40,621 bases of DNA from Elsinoe ampelina (Eukaryota): positions 1 to 40,621 of the forward strand of contig ML992538.1 of assembly GCA_010093995.1 (NCBI GenBank), read 5' to 3'. Below the pieces are notes generated by a model. The model was not told where the DNA came from, did no database searches, and worked only from the letters and a program-made list of their open reading frames with translations. Made by a program: the position numbers and the translations under genes. This document shows, in pieces, positions 23,039-35,436 of the stretch (position 1 is its first letter; every line of letters begins with the position of its first letter).

Positions 23039-24169
23039 TCACAAACACTGACTGTACCACACCCCCTGGCTCTTACACGTCCACGGCGCCGCGCACGTCG
23101 TTGGCCCCGTGTATCCCTGTCCGCCGCATTGGCCGTAGTGAGGCACTGTGCCTGGAGTACCAGTTGGGGCTGGGGCGGTGGTGGGAGGTGCTGTTGAGGC
23201 GCGGGTGGTGGTGGTGGTGGTGGTTGAGGAGCGGGTGACGGGGAGGGAGGTGGGGGTTGTGTTTCCTGTGCCTGATGCGCTGGGAATGGTCGTCAGGATG
23301 GAGGGTTTGGCTTTGGATGCACTGTGTGGATGATGGAGTGTGGGAAGGGGGTTATTAGAACGAGAGGGGGGAGAGAGGAAGAGGGAAGTGCAAAAGACAA
23401 GGAAGGAAGGCCGTGCTTACCCGCTCAACCACCCTTTTCCTGCTGCGTCGACGAGTCCTTTGAACCAAATGTCGGCCATCTTCTCGTACCCTGCTTGGGT
23501 GGGGTGGATGCCGTCGACTAGGTCCGCGGTGGTGAGGTTGGGCGGGGACATGTCTACTATTGCGATTTTCTTGCCTGTTGCGGTGCGGGCGGAGACGATG
23601 CCTTGATTGTATTAGAATAAAGCCAAGATGGAGAAGGATCTGAAAGTACCTGGGATCGCGGCGTTAATGTCGTTGATGTATGTCTGCGCTGCTGCCTCGG
23701 TGTCGGGGACTAGCTTGGCCACCAGCAGGACTACGTTCGGCCACTGGGTGTAGATTTGATCGATCAATTGTCCGAGTCGTGGGATTGCCTTGTCGCTGGT
23801 CTCGTACCGCCGCAGAGCATCGTTGGTGCCGGCATGGAGAAGGACGATGTTGGGTCGCAGGTAAGAGATCGCCGCGGTGGCTGTTGCAATCTGGGAGATG
23901 GTATATCCTATGCGGCCTTCGTTGTCGGTGTCGGCAAAGTTGCCGGACTTGATCGATCCAAGAAAGTCGAGGGGAGAGGCGCCAGCGGATTGAAGCGAGG
24001 AGTAGAGTTTGGCGCGGTAGCCATTGGCTGTAGGGTCTGCGAAGCCGTAGGTGATGCTGTCGCCGAGGGGGAGGAGGGTGATGTTCTTGCCGGAGAGAGA
24101 AGATTGGCGAGTGAGGAGGGGAGTGGCAAGGGCAGTGGATAGTAGGAGGGAGAGGACGGGCAGATGCAT
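23039..24169 (-). CDS. Secreted SGNH/GDSL esterase (carbohydrate esterase family 3, acetylxylan esterase-like) with Ser/Thr/Pro linker and C-terminal CBM1; exons 24169-23650, 23601-23421, 23321-23039
   Basis: Signal peptide, block I LPLGDSIT, block II NEGRIG, block III HAGTND, block V DGIHP. The last exon, absent from the ORF track, reads ...[35 protein letters not shown], a classic CBM1. Confidence 0.92.
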
Positions 24170-24684
24170 GTTGGGCGGTTGTGTAATGTGTCAAGTTGCA
24201 GAAGAAGTCAAAGGGAAAGTGAAGAGAATGGAGTGACCTACTTGTATGGTGGTATAGCTGCGAGTAAGGAACTAACCTGCTAAATTGAAGTGACGACTAA
24301 GACGGAGTCTATCCCACCGGATGCGAAACAACCAGATCAGCCTTCCGCCTTTGACATTTTGATGAGGTTGTTCCGTCCAGTGTGTAGACGTCCATTGGTC
24401 CGGAGAGGCAGTGACCTCCATTTATACAGAGCAGGATCGATCAATACCCGGATAAATGCTTCGTCGACACGGCAAAGCTTGACATCGACTAGCTGTCACG
24501 ACAATGTCGAAAAGTACCTTGGGGCCCTGGAATGGAACGTGTCGTGTCGTGGAGATGGGAAGGAGAAAAGTTTCCCGTGTGGGGGATGTGTTTCATGTCC
24601 CGCACTCCCTAAGCTCTCTGCAAGCGAGTCACATCTTTTGCAACCCCGGGAGAGGCCCGCCCAATACTGTAACAACCTGCCGGC

Positions 24685-25869
24685 ATGATGGTGTCAACAT
24701 TCACAATCACGCATGCGTCCTCAAAGACAGTAGAATTGCCTAGCGTCTTCATCAATTCACACGTCAGAAATGATGATAGTCACCCATCCTACAGCCCACC
24801 AAGTGCAGCGACCAGGAAATCAATTCGAGAATTACAAGCTCAACTACCGTTTGCAGGCCAGACCCCTTTGATATCTTTGCCGGGCCTTGCGACAAAGTAC
24901 AAGCAAGCTCATGTCTTCGTCAAGGATGAAAGCAATCGCTTCGGACTGCCCAGCTTCAAAATTCTCGGTGCAAGCTGGGCTATCTATCGAGCACTATGTC
25001 AACGTCTCGACCTGCAGGTCGGGTGCTCTCTCGATAAAGTCAAGAAGGCTGTCCGCGATGCTGCCGACACAGGGTCGCCAGTCAGATTGATTTCGTGCTC
25101 AGCGGGAAATTGGGGAAGGGCGGTGGCGAGAATGTCTGCCGTGACTGGAGTTGAGGCCACTGTATATCTACCAAGAGGCACGGAGGCGGCGACCCGAGAT
25201 TTGATCGCAAGTGAAGGAGTCAACGTGATCATGGCTGATCAGGACTATGATGAGCTCGTGCAGATGATGTGGGAGAAGTCTAAGAAAGAAGACTTACTCC
25301 TGGCCATGGACACTAGCTGGGAGGGATACGAGGAGTTTCCGCGGTGGGTGACCGAAGGCTACAGTGCCATGCTTGACGAAGTCGCAGAACAGGTCATATC
25401 TGCTTGCGGAAAGGATATTACTGCAGTGATAGCAAGCGTTGGTGTCGGCAGCTGGGCACAAGCAGTCGTCGAGCGATACAAGGGCGAGTCAAGCAGCAAA
25501 GGCGTCAAGATTACCACCGTGGAACCGGAAAAGGCGGCTTGTCTAGTGGCGAGTCTCGAAGCTGGTCAGGTGACGAGCATACGCACTTCAAAGACGATCA
25601 TGAACGGTATGAATTGCGGAACAGTAAGCCGGATTGCGTGGCCATCGTTAAAGGCTGGAGTCGATGTGGCAGTCGCAGTGAATGATCAAGAGGTCCATGA
25701 GATGGTGGAACAGCTACAAGGCTTGGACTTGACTATTGGGCCTTGTGGTGCTGCAGATTTTGTGGCTCTAGACAAGCTCTACGCCGCAGGACAGTTGGAA
25801 GATAACGACGCGGGCGTGGTAGTGGTGTTCAGTACTGAAGGGCCAAGGGACTACCAGCGACCTGGATGA
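24685..25869 (+). CDS. PLP-dependent fold-type II enzyme, diaminopropionate ammonia-lyase-like, intronless
   Basis: PLP-lysine motif VKDESNRFGLPSFKILGASWA, GNWGRAVA, DTSWEGYEEFPRWVTEGY, phosphate loop VGVGSWA, TIMNGMNCG, GPCGAA and STEG. Confidence 0.85.
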   Translation: MMVSTFTITHASSKTVELPSVFINSHVRNDDSHPSYSPPSAATRKSIRELQAQLPFAGQTPLISLPGLATKYKQAHVFVKDESNRFGLPSFKILGASWAIYRALCQRLDLQVGCSLDKVKKAVRDAADTGSPVRLISCSAGNWGRAVARMSAVTGVEATVYLPRGTEAATRDLIASEGVNVIMADQDYDELVQMMWEKSKKEDLLLAMDTSWEGYEEFPRWVTEGYSAMLDEVAEQVISACGKDITAVIASVGVGSWAQAVVERYKGESSSKGVKITTVEPEKAACLVASLEAGQVTSIRTSKTIMNGMNCGTVSRIAWPSLKAGVDVAVAVNDQEVHEMVEQLQGLDLTIGPCGAADFVALDKLYAAGQLEDNDAGVVVVFSTEGPRDYQRPG

Positions 25870-26374
25870 GATTGGCACGCTCGATATGGATTGATCGAGA
25901 TGCGTGCAGGTCAAACTTACGATAGACAAGAGATGGACTGAACAAGCACGACTTGGCGACAAGACTGCGCGATTGTTGAGCTAGACGATGTCCTTTCACA
26001 AAGTAGCGCTAACAAACGCGTCTGACACCGGGATCAGCGCGGAAGAAGTGTGACAGATATATTCTGATACCAGGTAGCAGGGTGAGATGATGTAGTCGAT
26101 AGATCTCGAGAGATCTCGACGCATCTAAACAGTGGCACTGACGTTGTTGCTCAGTAGAATATCGATGATATCTTGGATTGGTTAACAGGTTTGCCGCCAG
26201 TAGTCTCTCAACGTCGAACGCCTCCCGACGGTTCGTAAGGGTAGGGCAGCGGGTTCCTGCAGAGACGGCATGACGGGGCCAGTGATGGAGCTTTGGGTTG
26301 CTGCTATCTTTGAGTGTCATTCTCCGTGCGTGCATCAAGTGTGGCTGACCGTCTGTAGACGCAAGGAGAGGGAG

Positions 26375-26406
26375 AGAGCACCAAAAAGAGCACCAAAAAA
26401 GAGCAG
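26375..26406. repeat. Short tandem repeat AGAGCACCAAAA(A) x~2.5 in the GH128 upstream region
   Basis: agagcaccaaaa-agagcaccaaaaa-agagca read directly. Confidence 0.7.
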
Positions 26407-26874
26407 GCTGCAGCTCAAGTGGAAGATCGTCAAAAGCCAAGCCATGGCCCGGTCCCCGAAACGGGTCGACCCAATCTCTTTTCGGACGCTCTAGCTGAAA
26501 ACTACTCTCGTCGTTTTTCACTTTCGATATCAACCCGATCAATCCGCACGTTGCCAGAACTCTTGTCTTTGCCGCCCTGCAGCGACAAGATGCGGCCATT
26601 GCCTGTCCATTGCCTCGTGGCACCCGTTGTGTCTAGCAGATCGGACTGCCAGGGCCAGCCCGCTGATGCAGGTGGGATACTTGACTGATCATCTATATCA
26701 TTTCTTTTACTCTCTCCATCTCTCTTCCTGACCTATCCCCAGTCTCTCATTGCTTTCCCTCCCCTGTAAGGTTTCTTATCTCAAGACCTCAGGCACTAAT
26801 CTTCAACATCCTATTTGCCTCGACGTTCTTTCCCACCTCTTTCAATCCGGCAGGAGACTAATACCACCGCCAAA

Positions 26875-27937
26875 ATGCTGGCGACAGCGGCCCTCTCACT
26901 CCTCGCTCTTGCCCCGGCGGCACTCGCAGTGAACACGTCCACAAAGCGTGGTATCGTCTACGTGGCCCCAGAAGTAGCCACAGACAACAACTACTGGACA
27001 AACAAGGACAACGATCTGACATGGTACTACAATTACATGACCACGCCAACGGGCGCCTTTGCCGGCTCCAACATGCAATTCGTACCCATGCAGTGGGGCT
27101 TGCCTAACGACCCCGATGTGGACATGTCCTTCTACAACGCTGTCAAGAACCTCCAAAAGACGACAAACGTAACATGGGTCATGGGGTTCAACGAGCCTGA
27201 CGGATGTGACAATGGTGGTTCTTGCGTCGACCCAAAGCAAGCCGCTATCGCATGGGTCAAGCAATTTGAGCCCATGAGGAAAGATTTGGGAATCAAGCTC
27301 GGTGGTCCAGGTTGCACAGGTGCTGCTTCAGGATGGACATGGTTGCAGAAGTTCCACACCGCATGCGCGTCCCTCAAGAACAACAACACCGGTTGCGAGA
27401 TGGACTTTTTGCCAATCCATTGGTACGGAAACTTTGACGGTCTGGCCAGTCACTTGGGCGCCGTCAACTCGACCTACAACAACGTCTCCGAGATCTGGGT
27501 GACCGAATTCGCTTACGCCAACGAGCCCCTCGAAGACACCCAACAATTCTACAACCTGTCCATCGACTACTTTGACCGTCTTCCGTAAGTTCTCCCTCCC
27601 ACCCCTTCTTCATCTCACTAACAATACTCCCAGTATCATCGGCAAATACTCCTACTTCGGTCCCTTCCGCTCCGACGTCTCCAACGTAGGCCCCAACGCC
27701 GCCTTCCTCACCGGCGACGGCCTCCTCACCGACATTGGCAGCTGGTATCTCGGCGGCGACGCCACAGGTAACATCCCAACAACATCAGGAACCCGCACAT
27801 CGTCAGGCAACCTCACCAGCACACGCGCTGGCACGTATTCAGGAAAACCATACTCATCAGGGAACAGGGCCAGCGTTACGTCAGGCTGGTTGGTGGGCGG
27901 TCTCGCCGCTTTCATCGCCACCTGGGCGCTCTTCTAA
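26875..27937 (+). CDS. Glycoside hydrolase family 128 (Asl1-like beta-1,3-glucanase), secreted and probably GPI-anchored; exons 26875-27584 and 27634-27937
   Basis: Signal peptide, SKRG-like start, TWYYNY, FVPMQWG, catalytic FNEPD and IWVTEF motifs, DFLPIHWY, Ser/Thr tail and hydrophobic C-terminus. 49-nt intron 27585-27633. Confidence 0.9.
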
Positions 27938-28887
27938 TCGATCGGTACCCCTCACCGAGAGACGCGAAGTGGGTGTTTCCCCTCTCCCTGTCCCTGGCCG
28001 TCGCATCATTTCCTTTTGTCATACTCTTCACTTATCTACCCTTCGCTTTGCACATATCATATACCCTCCGCCTGCACAAAGCACGGCGCATATTCCACCC
28101 TACCCTACCAAAAAAAATTCTCCCTCCCTCTTCCCCCCCGCACCGTCACACCACAAAATCCCCCGAGGCAGGCATCCGTCGCGGCCAACGGTCAAGTGTG
28201 CCAGAATCCGGCCAACACCGTTGGCCACCCGCAAACGTCCTTATCAAAACGTCCGTCGGCCGCCCCGTCGCTATACCGACTATCACTCGATAGCACGGGC
28301 GACGGCGCGGTCGGGAACAGTTGGGATTAGCCGCACGTTTTGATTCCACACCTTCCTTCCCACTCCACTGTTCATACCCATACATTTTTTTTTTTCATTT
28401 GAGACACAAGGAAGCGGTTTTGGCAGGCCCAACGCTTCCCGTGCGAGATGGTCGAGAGAGATGGGCTGACTGGTCTAGAGCGCGATGCACACCGAGATGC
28501 ACGCCAGACGATCGCGATGATCGTGGTGTGATGGGGAGGGTGCTGTGGGGGGAGAGGGGTATGTATATGCTAATGGGGCAGGGATTTACGCTTCACGACA
28601 GAGGGTACACAGGAATGGGATGGATGGATGGTTGGGATGGAGAGGCTCTTGGGATGGGCAAGCGGGCTTCTGGGCAGGGCGTTGGGTAGATCAGGGATAG
28701 ATATGGATAGAGGCATGCTCACTTCACCTTTTCTGGCGCATAAGGTCCTCTTCAGCATTGCGTAAGGATCAGTCATCAGCTCGTGGTCGTCGTCGCAAAT
28801 CTGTACCTCGCCCTGTAGTCCTTCGCGGAACACCAAGTCTACACATCATGACAAGCGACACATCATCACGCACAGAACATCCATTCC

Positions 28888-31800
28888 CTAAACCCAACTA
28901 CTATACCCCCTCACCCCCCTTCCCGTCCCTCCCCCTCCCCTGCTCTCCGGATCCACCATCTTCGCCACCGCCCCCTTGACCCCGAACCTTCTCCGATCCC
29001 ACCACTTCCTCCCCTCATCCACCCAAAACACCGAACTCGCCAACAGCACCAGCCCCACCAGATCCCGCACGCCCAACGCCTCGGTCTGGAACACCCTCTG
29101 CAGCGGCGGGAAGTACACCACCAGCCCTTGCCCGAGCAAACTGCTCCCGATAGCGAAATTGAACATTTTGTTGCTGCCGCGGCCGAAGAGGCGTAACGTG
29201 CCGTTGAGGACCGATTTGGATGCGGAGCGGCACGTGAGGGCGTTGAACATGTCGAAGAGCACAAAGGCGGTGAAAGTGAGGGTCGTGTCGCGCGGGCTGA
29301 CGGAGCGGGCGGCCATGTCGGCTGGTGTGAGGTTGGACCAGTACGTGTAGAGGGTGCCGAGCATGATGATGGTGGAGGATTGAAGGACGCGGCGGAGGAG
29401 AGGGCGGGTGAGGACGCGGGCGTGCCGGGGTCGGGGTGGGAGGGAGAGGAGGTGTTTGTCCACTGGCTCGACGCCGAGGGATTGCGCTGGGGGACCGTCC
29501 ATGAGGATGTCTGGACGGTTAGTGGAGAAGAATAGGGGGCAAGAGGAGACTTACTGATCCAGAGAATCTGCATGGCGTTGAGCGGATTCTTGAGACCAAA
29601 GGCCGAACTGAGCATGACCAGTCCGAGGGCCGCGGCGGATGTGCTGAGTTGGAAAGTGAGGAAGTTCTGGATGTTGTAGAAGATGCCTTTGCCTTCTTCG
29701 ATGGCATTGAGGATGGTGGAAAAGTCGTCGTCCGTGAGGATCATGTCTGCTGCCTCTTTCGCCACGTCTGTACCCAATTTGCCCATGCTGATACCAATAT
29801 CGGCTTTCTTGAGGGCAGGCGCGTCATTTACGCCGTCACCTGTCATTGCGACTACGTCTCCCCGAGCTTGAAGCGCCTTGACAATCTTCATCTTATGCTC
29901 CGGCGAGGTGCGCGCAAATATCTGTGTCCGCACCATCGCCTGCTCAAGGTCTTCAATTGACATGCGATCGAGCTCGTCTCCTCTCAATACCGGATTGCCA
30001 AGTGCCGAGTTCATATTGATTGGCATACCCAGCTTTTTGGCAATCGCCACTGCCGTGGTCTCTGCATCTCCCGTGATCATGATGACTTTGACGCCACCCG
30101 CCATCAATCGTCGAATCGATCTCTCGATGCCCTTGCGTGGAGGATCATTCATCCCTACCAATCCAGCAAAGCACAATCCCTGGTATAGGTGTTCGTTATC
30201 TTGCGTCGAGGGAGAATTAAGGATTAGAGGGGCCGGAGTGTTGCGACCACTTTTGGACGGTACTTTGAGATTCCGAGAAGAAGACAGGATTGGTCCGCTT
30301 GCAAGGCCGAGTACTCGAAGTCCTTCCTGTGCCATTGATTCGGCGGCTGCGACTGCTTCCTTCTTACGCTGCTCGTCAAGAACCACTTCTGATCCCTGAC
30401 CATCGATGTACGTGTCGCACCGCTTCAGGACCTGCTCCAAAGCGCCCTTGATGTATGCTACATCCGGACTGTGTGAGTCCAAAGCGTTGGGCACTACGCA
30501 GCCCATCCACTTCCGTTCGGAGCTGAAAGGCGTCTCGTTCTTCCTCTCCCCTTGGTTGTTCCGGAGATCATCCTCGCCAAATGCATCGACCAGGTCCAAG
30601 AGAGCGACATCTGTCGGCTGTCCAGTCCACCTGCTTTTCGCGTTCGAGGCATCTTTGTTTGCCGTTGATGAGAGGATGGCCGCCGATGCTGCGGTGGCAT
30701 GTGAGGTTGAAGAAGAGGACAATCGTCCATTGTTGACGATGTTCCCTACCCGTAAGATCGTCCTTGTCGCCGATTCAGCAGGTACAGTAGCATGTACCTT
30801 GACGATATCGACCGGATCATGATTGCCAAAGTGCCACATTTTGGTGACTGTCATGTGATTGGTTGTCAAGGTACCAGTCTTATCACTGCAAATTACGTTT
30901 ACAGATCCCAGCGTCTCCACGCTCGGGAGTCTCCTCACAATGGCGTGTCGCTTGGACATGCGCAAGACGCCCAGCGCGAGAGTGACGGTGACGATGATGG
31001 GAAGTCCTTCCGGAATAGCGGCCACGGCAAGAGATACGCCGATTTGAAAGAGCTCGAGAAAGGGATAACCCCTCCATAAGCCAATCAGCATGATGAACGC
31101 GATAACGCCAAAAGACATGTAGCTGAGCTCCTTGCCCAGTCTGTCCATAGAAAGTTGTAAAGGTGTCCTTGGACTTTCGATTTGTTGTAACGAAGCAGAA
31201 ATGGCACCGAATTCTGTTTTTGCTCCAGTGCCTACCACGATTCCTTGTCCATATCCAGATCTTACTAGAGTCCCCATGAAAGCAATATTCGTTTGGTCGT
31301 TCAATCGAAGATCAGCGCCCACTGTGCCTGAAGCAGGTGATGCGTAGATTGGCACGTTCGGAGAAGGTGGGACAGTACTGCCGGCAGATGATTGACCATC
31401 TTTGTCAAGCGCTTCCACCTGCTTGTGTACAGGCTCATTCTCGCCCGTGAGATTCGATTCGTCAACTGTCAGGTCTGCGCATTGTGTGATCCGAATATCT
31501 GCGGGTATCCGATCGCCCGTCGCAAAGAGCACCAGATCTCCCGGCACTAACTGTGTCGCAGATATGCTCTTGGCTGCGCGTTGAATGATTGAATCTGATG
31601 GCGTGGTGGGGGTTGGCGACGAGACCTTCCCCTCTACATTCCCATTCTCATGGGCTGACGTCGGCTGTGCCTCGGTGCTCCGAATCACATTCGCACCATG
31701 CGGTACGAGCTGATTGAGCGCCTCAAGCGACTTCTCTGATCGATATTCTTGAACAAAGGCCACTGTGACTACGATTGTCACGGCAATGGCAATGCTGACC

Positions 31801-32236
31801 GCGTCTTCATAGTTACCCATGAATGCTGAGATGGCTGCCGAGGCTAGGAGAAGCAGGATGAGAGTCTCCTTGAACTGCTTGACGAAGCGGAGCCAAAGAG
31901 GCTCTGGCTCTTCGGAAGGCAATTCATTCGGTCCATGGTCCAGCCAACGCGCTTGTGCTTCACTAGGATGTAGTCCACCTGTTAGAGATGTGCCAATTCT
32001 AGCCGCCGACTCTTCCGGACTCAGACTCGAATAAAGGGGTGTTATCGATTGCTGCAACTCCAATCAGCATCCCGCATAGCGGCTGTCGTCATTCCGTGAA
32101 ATACCAATGTGCTCGCCCGCCTGGGCCTCTTGGGTTGACCATTGAGATCCTCTAATTCGAGCGCTGGGCCCCGAGATTCTTTAAAGTCGGCAGGTTCGTT
32201 GTATAGTGGTAAGCCGGGCGTTGATGACCTGGACAT
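28888..32236 (-). CDS. PMR1: Secretory-pathway Ca2+/Mn2+ P-type ATPase (SPCA, type IIA); exons 32236-32105, 32051-29555, 29510-28888
   Basis: [28 protein letters not shown], phosphorylation motif [34 protein letters not shown], spliced [24 protein letters not shown], and [11 protein letters not shown]. Confidence 0.96.
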
Positions 32237-32788
32237 CTACGGATATAGTACAAGATCTTTTGGGCAGAGTCGAAGAGAAGGAGCTGTCCCCGGGCGACAG
32301 CTTTCAAGGCTATTTCAGAACATGGAGAGTAAAGTCTCAGGGACTAGCTGTAGATGGAATTGCAAGTGCAGAACTCGTCGCGTCCAGCTCGTATTTTGAT
32401 GTGGGCAGCAGCTGAGTTCCGTTTCTATACAAATCGATTCGTTACGTCGTTATATGCTGCAAATATGGGAAGATGTTGAATTGTCGCCAAAGTCTGGGAG
32501 CTTGACGTGTCGTTTGCGGAGGATGAGCATTTCCCATTTCGGTAGGGTTCTTGCCAAGACCTGTGCCTGCCCGCCGCCGTCATGAATTCTGCTCGAAGTT
32601 TGAACCAGTCTTCAGATCTCCAGCCACCCGCTTCAGCTTCGCTTTCTTGCGACCGTCTCATCCATCATCACTCTCCCATCTACCGCCACATAGGCCTCAG
32701 ACCCCCACGATCAAGTCAAGCGGTCGCGCACGACCAGGCGACAAAAGGTCTATAATTTGGATATCCTCATCGACACTTCAGGCATCAT

Positions 32789-32820
32789 TCCGACGCGCCG
32801 CGCAAAGGCCTCCGACGCGT
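32789..32820 (+). promoter_or_regulatory. MCB (MluI cell-cycle box, ACGCGT at 32815-32820) plus a second TCCGACGCG copy upstream of RAD21
   Basis: TCCGACGCG occurs at 32789 and 32811, about 115-145 bp upstream of the RAD21 ATG. RAD21/MCD1 is a known MBF (G1/S) target in yeasts. Function here is inferred. Confidence 0.5.
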
Positions 32821-32933
32821 CTCTACATCAACAAACCTATTCAATTCCTTTAAACCACTCTTTCGGAGCTTGGAAAACATCCCGATGAGAACTTACTGAG
32901 AACTACACAACACTTTCACACTATTGGATCACC

Positions 32934-34723
32934 ATGTTCTATTCCGAGACTCTGCTGCAGAAGACAGGCCCGCTGGCCAAGGTTTGGCTTGCCGCCAACG
33001 TAGAACGGAAGCTCACAAAAGGCGACTGCCTGAAGACGAACATCTCAAAGGATGTCCGCAATATCGTCAATGAGGATCAAGCACCGCTTGCGCTCCGTTT
33101 GACCAGTCAGCTACTTCTGGGTGTTGTCAGGATCTATAGTCGCAAAGCTCGGTATCTGCTGGACGATTGTAATGAGGCACTCATCAAGATTAAGCTCGTA
33201 CGTCGCGTGCTCTAGCATCGCAAGTGATGTTCTAACCATGACAGGCATTCCGTCCCGGCAACGTTGATCTCCCGTCAGCGCAGTCACATATCGCCAACCC
33301 AGCCGCCATCAATCTTCCCGACACCCTGACTGAGTTGGACTTGCTGGCCGCGGCTCCGGACCTTGATGAGCTGCTCTTTGGATCAAGTGCTGGCGCTGCC
33401 CTTGGTGATCAGACAGAGTTCGACTGGGGCACCAGCCAAATTCTTCCCCAAAGCAATGAAGAAAGTCAAAGCGCGTCGCAGGCGATGCCACTGGAGGATC
33501 TAGATCTAGGTATTGATCTCGGTCTGGACGAGACAGCACCGAGCATCGAAGTCGGTCGTCGTCAAGAAACTCCCAGACGCGACAACACTTTGTACGAGGA
33601 CGATCTTGGTCTCGACTTGGGTCTAGGCGACACAACGATCGAGCCGATCATCCGTGACGAACAGCCACTCCCAGAAGATGATTTCACAATACCGGAGCTC
33701 GACGTCGGGAAACGCGACGAGACGCCTGCTGCGACCGAGCGACGCCCGCGCGACTCTGAGTCTCCACTCTCTGATCTAGGCGAGCAGCAGGCTGCAGACC
33801 TTGAACGCACATTTCAACTCGATCAGGAAGATCAAGAAGAAGAGCAGGACGAGACACAGGTTCAAGCAGCGCAACGAGCAAAGCGCCGTAAAGTCCTGCA
33901 GAACGACACATCCATCGAGCTCGGCAACACACAAATCAAGCAGCAACAACAAGATCGAAGCAAGATCCTAAAGCAGCCATCGTTTCTTCCCCGCGATCCT
34001 CTTCTTCTCTCGCTCTTAAACCTCCAAAAGTCTGGCGGCTTGGTATCGTCACTGCTTGGAGACGGTCAGCTTCGTGGCTGGGCTCCCGAACTCCGTGGAA
34101 TAATGTCTATCGAGGTCATCCGTCGATCAGGCGATCTCAAGCGCAAACGCGGTATTGTCGCACCACCTTCGCCAGTCGCAGAACACGGCACGACTCCTCC
34201 CCCGGTAGAAGACGTTCCGCTGGACGATGAGCAACCAGTGCAAGACGAGCCAAATATCACTTTCGACGATGATGGATTTGCGCTGCCTCAAAGCCCTGGC
34301 GGCCCTGGCTTTGACGAGACGACTATCGCCCCTGTGCCACCTGCCGAGTCGGGTCCCGTCAGTTTGGCTACCAAGCACACCGTTCACATGCTACGGGAAC
34401 ATTTCAGCACGTCTGGGGACCCCAATGAGGCTCCGTCCCCAGGTACACGGAAGAACCAGTCCGTCCTTTTCACAGAACTGTGCCCTGAAAGGCGAACGAC
34501 AAAGCAAGACGCTACCAAGCTGTTCTTCGAGACGCTAGTACTCGCCACCAAGGATGCAATCAAGGTTGAGCAAAAGCCTGACGATGGTGTCGGCGCTCCA
34601 TTCCGCATACGTGCGAAACGAGGACTGTGGGGTCAGTGGGCGGAGATGGGTGTCAGCCAGACTCAGGAAGACGATGCACAGCAAGCTGAGGGAGCTGTCG
34701 AGGAAATGGAGGTAGACGAGTGA
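32934..34723 (+). CDS. RAD21: Mitotic cohesin kleisin subunit Rad21/Scc1/Mcd1, ~580 aa; exons 32934-33197 and 33245-34723
   Basis: N-terminal MFYSETLLQKTGPLAKVWLAAN...ALRLTSQLLLGVVRIYSRKARYLLDDC, separase-type site SIEVGRR, and C-terminal winged helix ATKLFFETLVLATKDAIKVEQ. Intron 33198-33244. Confidence 0.96.
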
Positions 34724-35436
34724 AAGCGGTGATTGCAATGTGTACGACCAGCTTCTTGGATCTCTGCGATCTTGGTATAGGGAACCTCGAAAAGAGGTAG
34801 CGCGGCGTTCTGTAGGCGGCTGCTGTGATTAGATAACCAGGATGCTATATCCATGAGGCTTTCGACGAGTGTTGAATACTCTCGAGGCAATGATTTGAAT
34901 GAAAGCAGTTTACAAACCCGTGATATTATTCCCTGTATGCTGTTGATATCAGGCTGGCCCCACCAATATCAATGCCAAACGCCTCCTTCCTAAAGCTTAT
35001 CAGTGCCGCCGCACATCGGTTGCAGATCTCCACCCACGTCACACATTGCGCCCTGTCGATTTCGCAACAACTCCATCGTTGACTCCACGCCGTCACCTTT
35101 GATGTCTCCAACCCCGATCACTCATTATAGACAGGATTCCGCCGCTAAGCTCGCCATGAATCGGCTAAGACGGACATCCCCCACTTGGCTACAATGCTTG
35201 CGGATTCTTCTTTCCAACGTCAGTGGACCCCTCCAATCTATGGCTATCTACTCCCGCAATGTATAGTCGTGACACATGATAGTAGATCCCTAGATTACTT
35301 TTGGTATGGTGGCAGGTGTGAATCTGGGGTTTGGGTGCCGTAAGTAGGTTTGCTTATCTTCTTTAACATTTACACTTTTCCTTTCTTTGCACCTCTTGCT
35401 CTCCTTCTACACCGACTTGCGCTTGTATTTCTCACC

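Noticed and set aside
26096..26120. Imperfect palindrome GTCGATAGATCTCGAGAGATCTCGAC
   Set aside because: Short, single, and explicable as a small AGATCTCGA duplication.
28911..29554. Pro/Ser/Arg-rich C-terminal tail of the 1050-aa PMR1 ORF
   Set aside because: Artefact of reading through intron 29554-29511; the spliced frame gives the conserved [13 protein letters not shown].
32315..32323. Minimal uORF ATG-TTC-TGA upstream of PMR1 on the - strand
   Set aside because: The TSS is unknown and it may lie in a 5'-UTR intron or outside the transcript; there is no supporting evidence.
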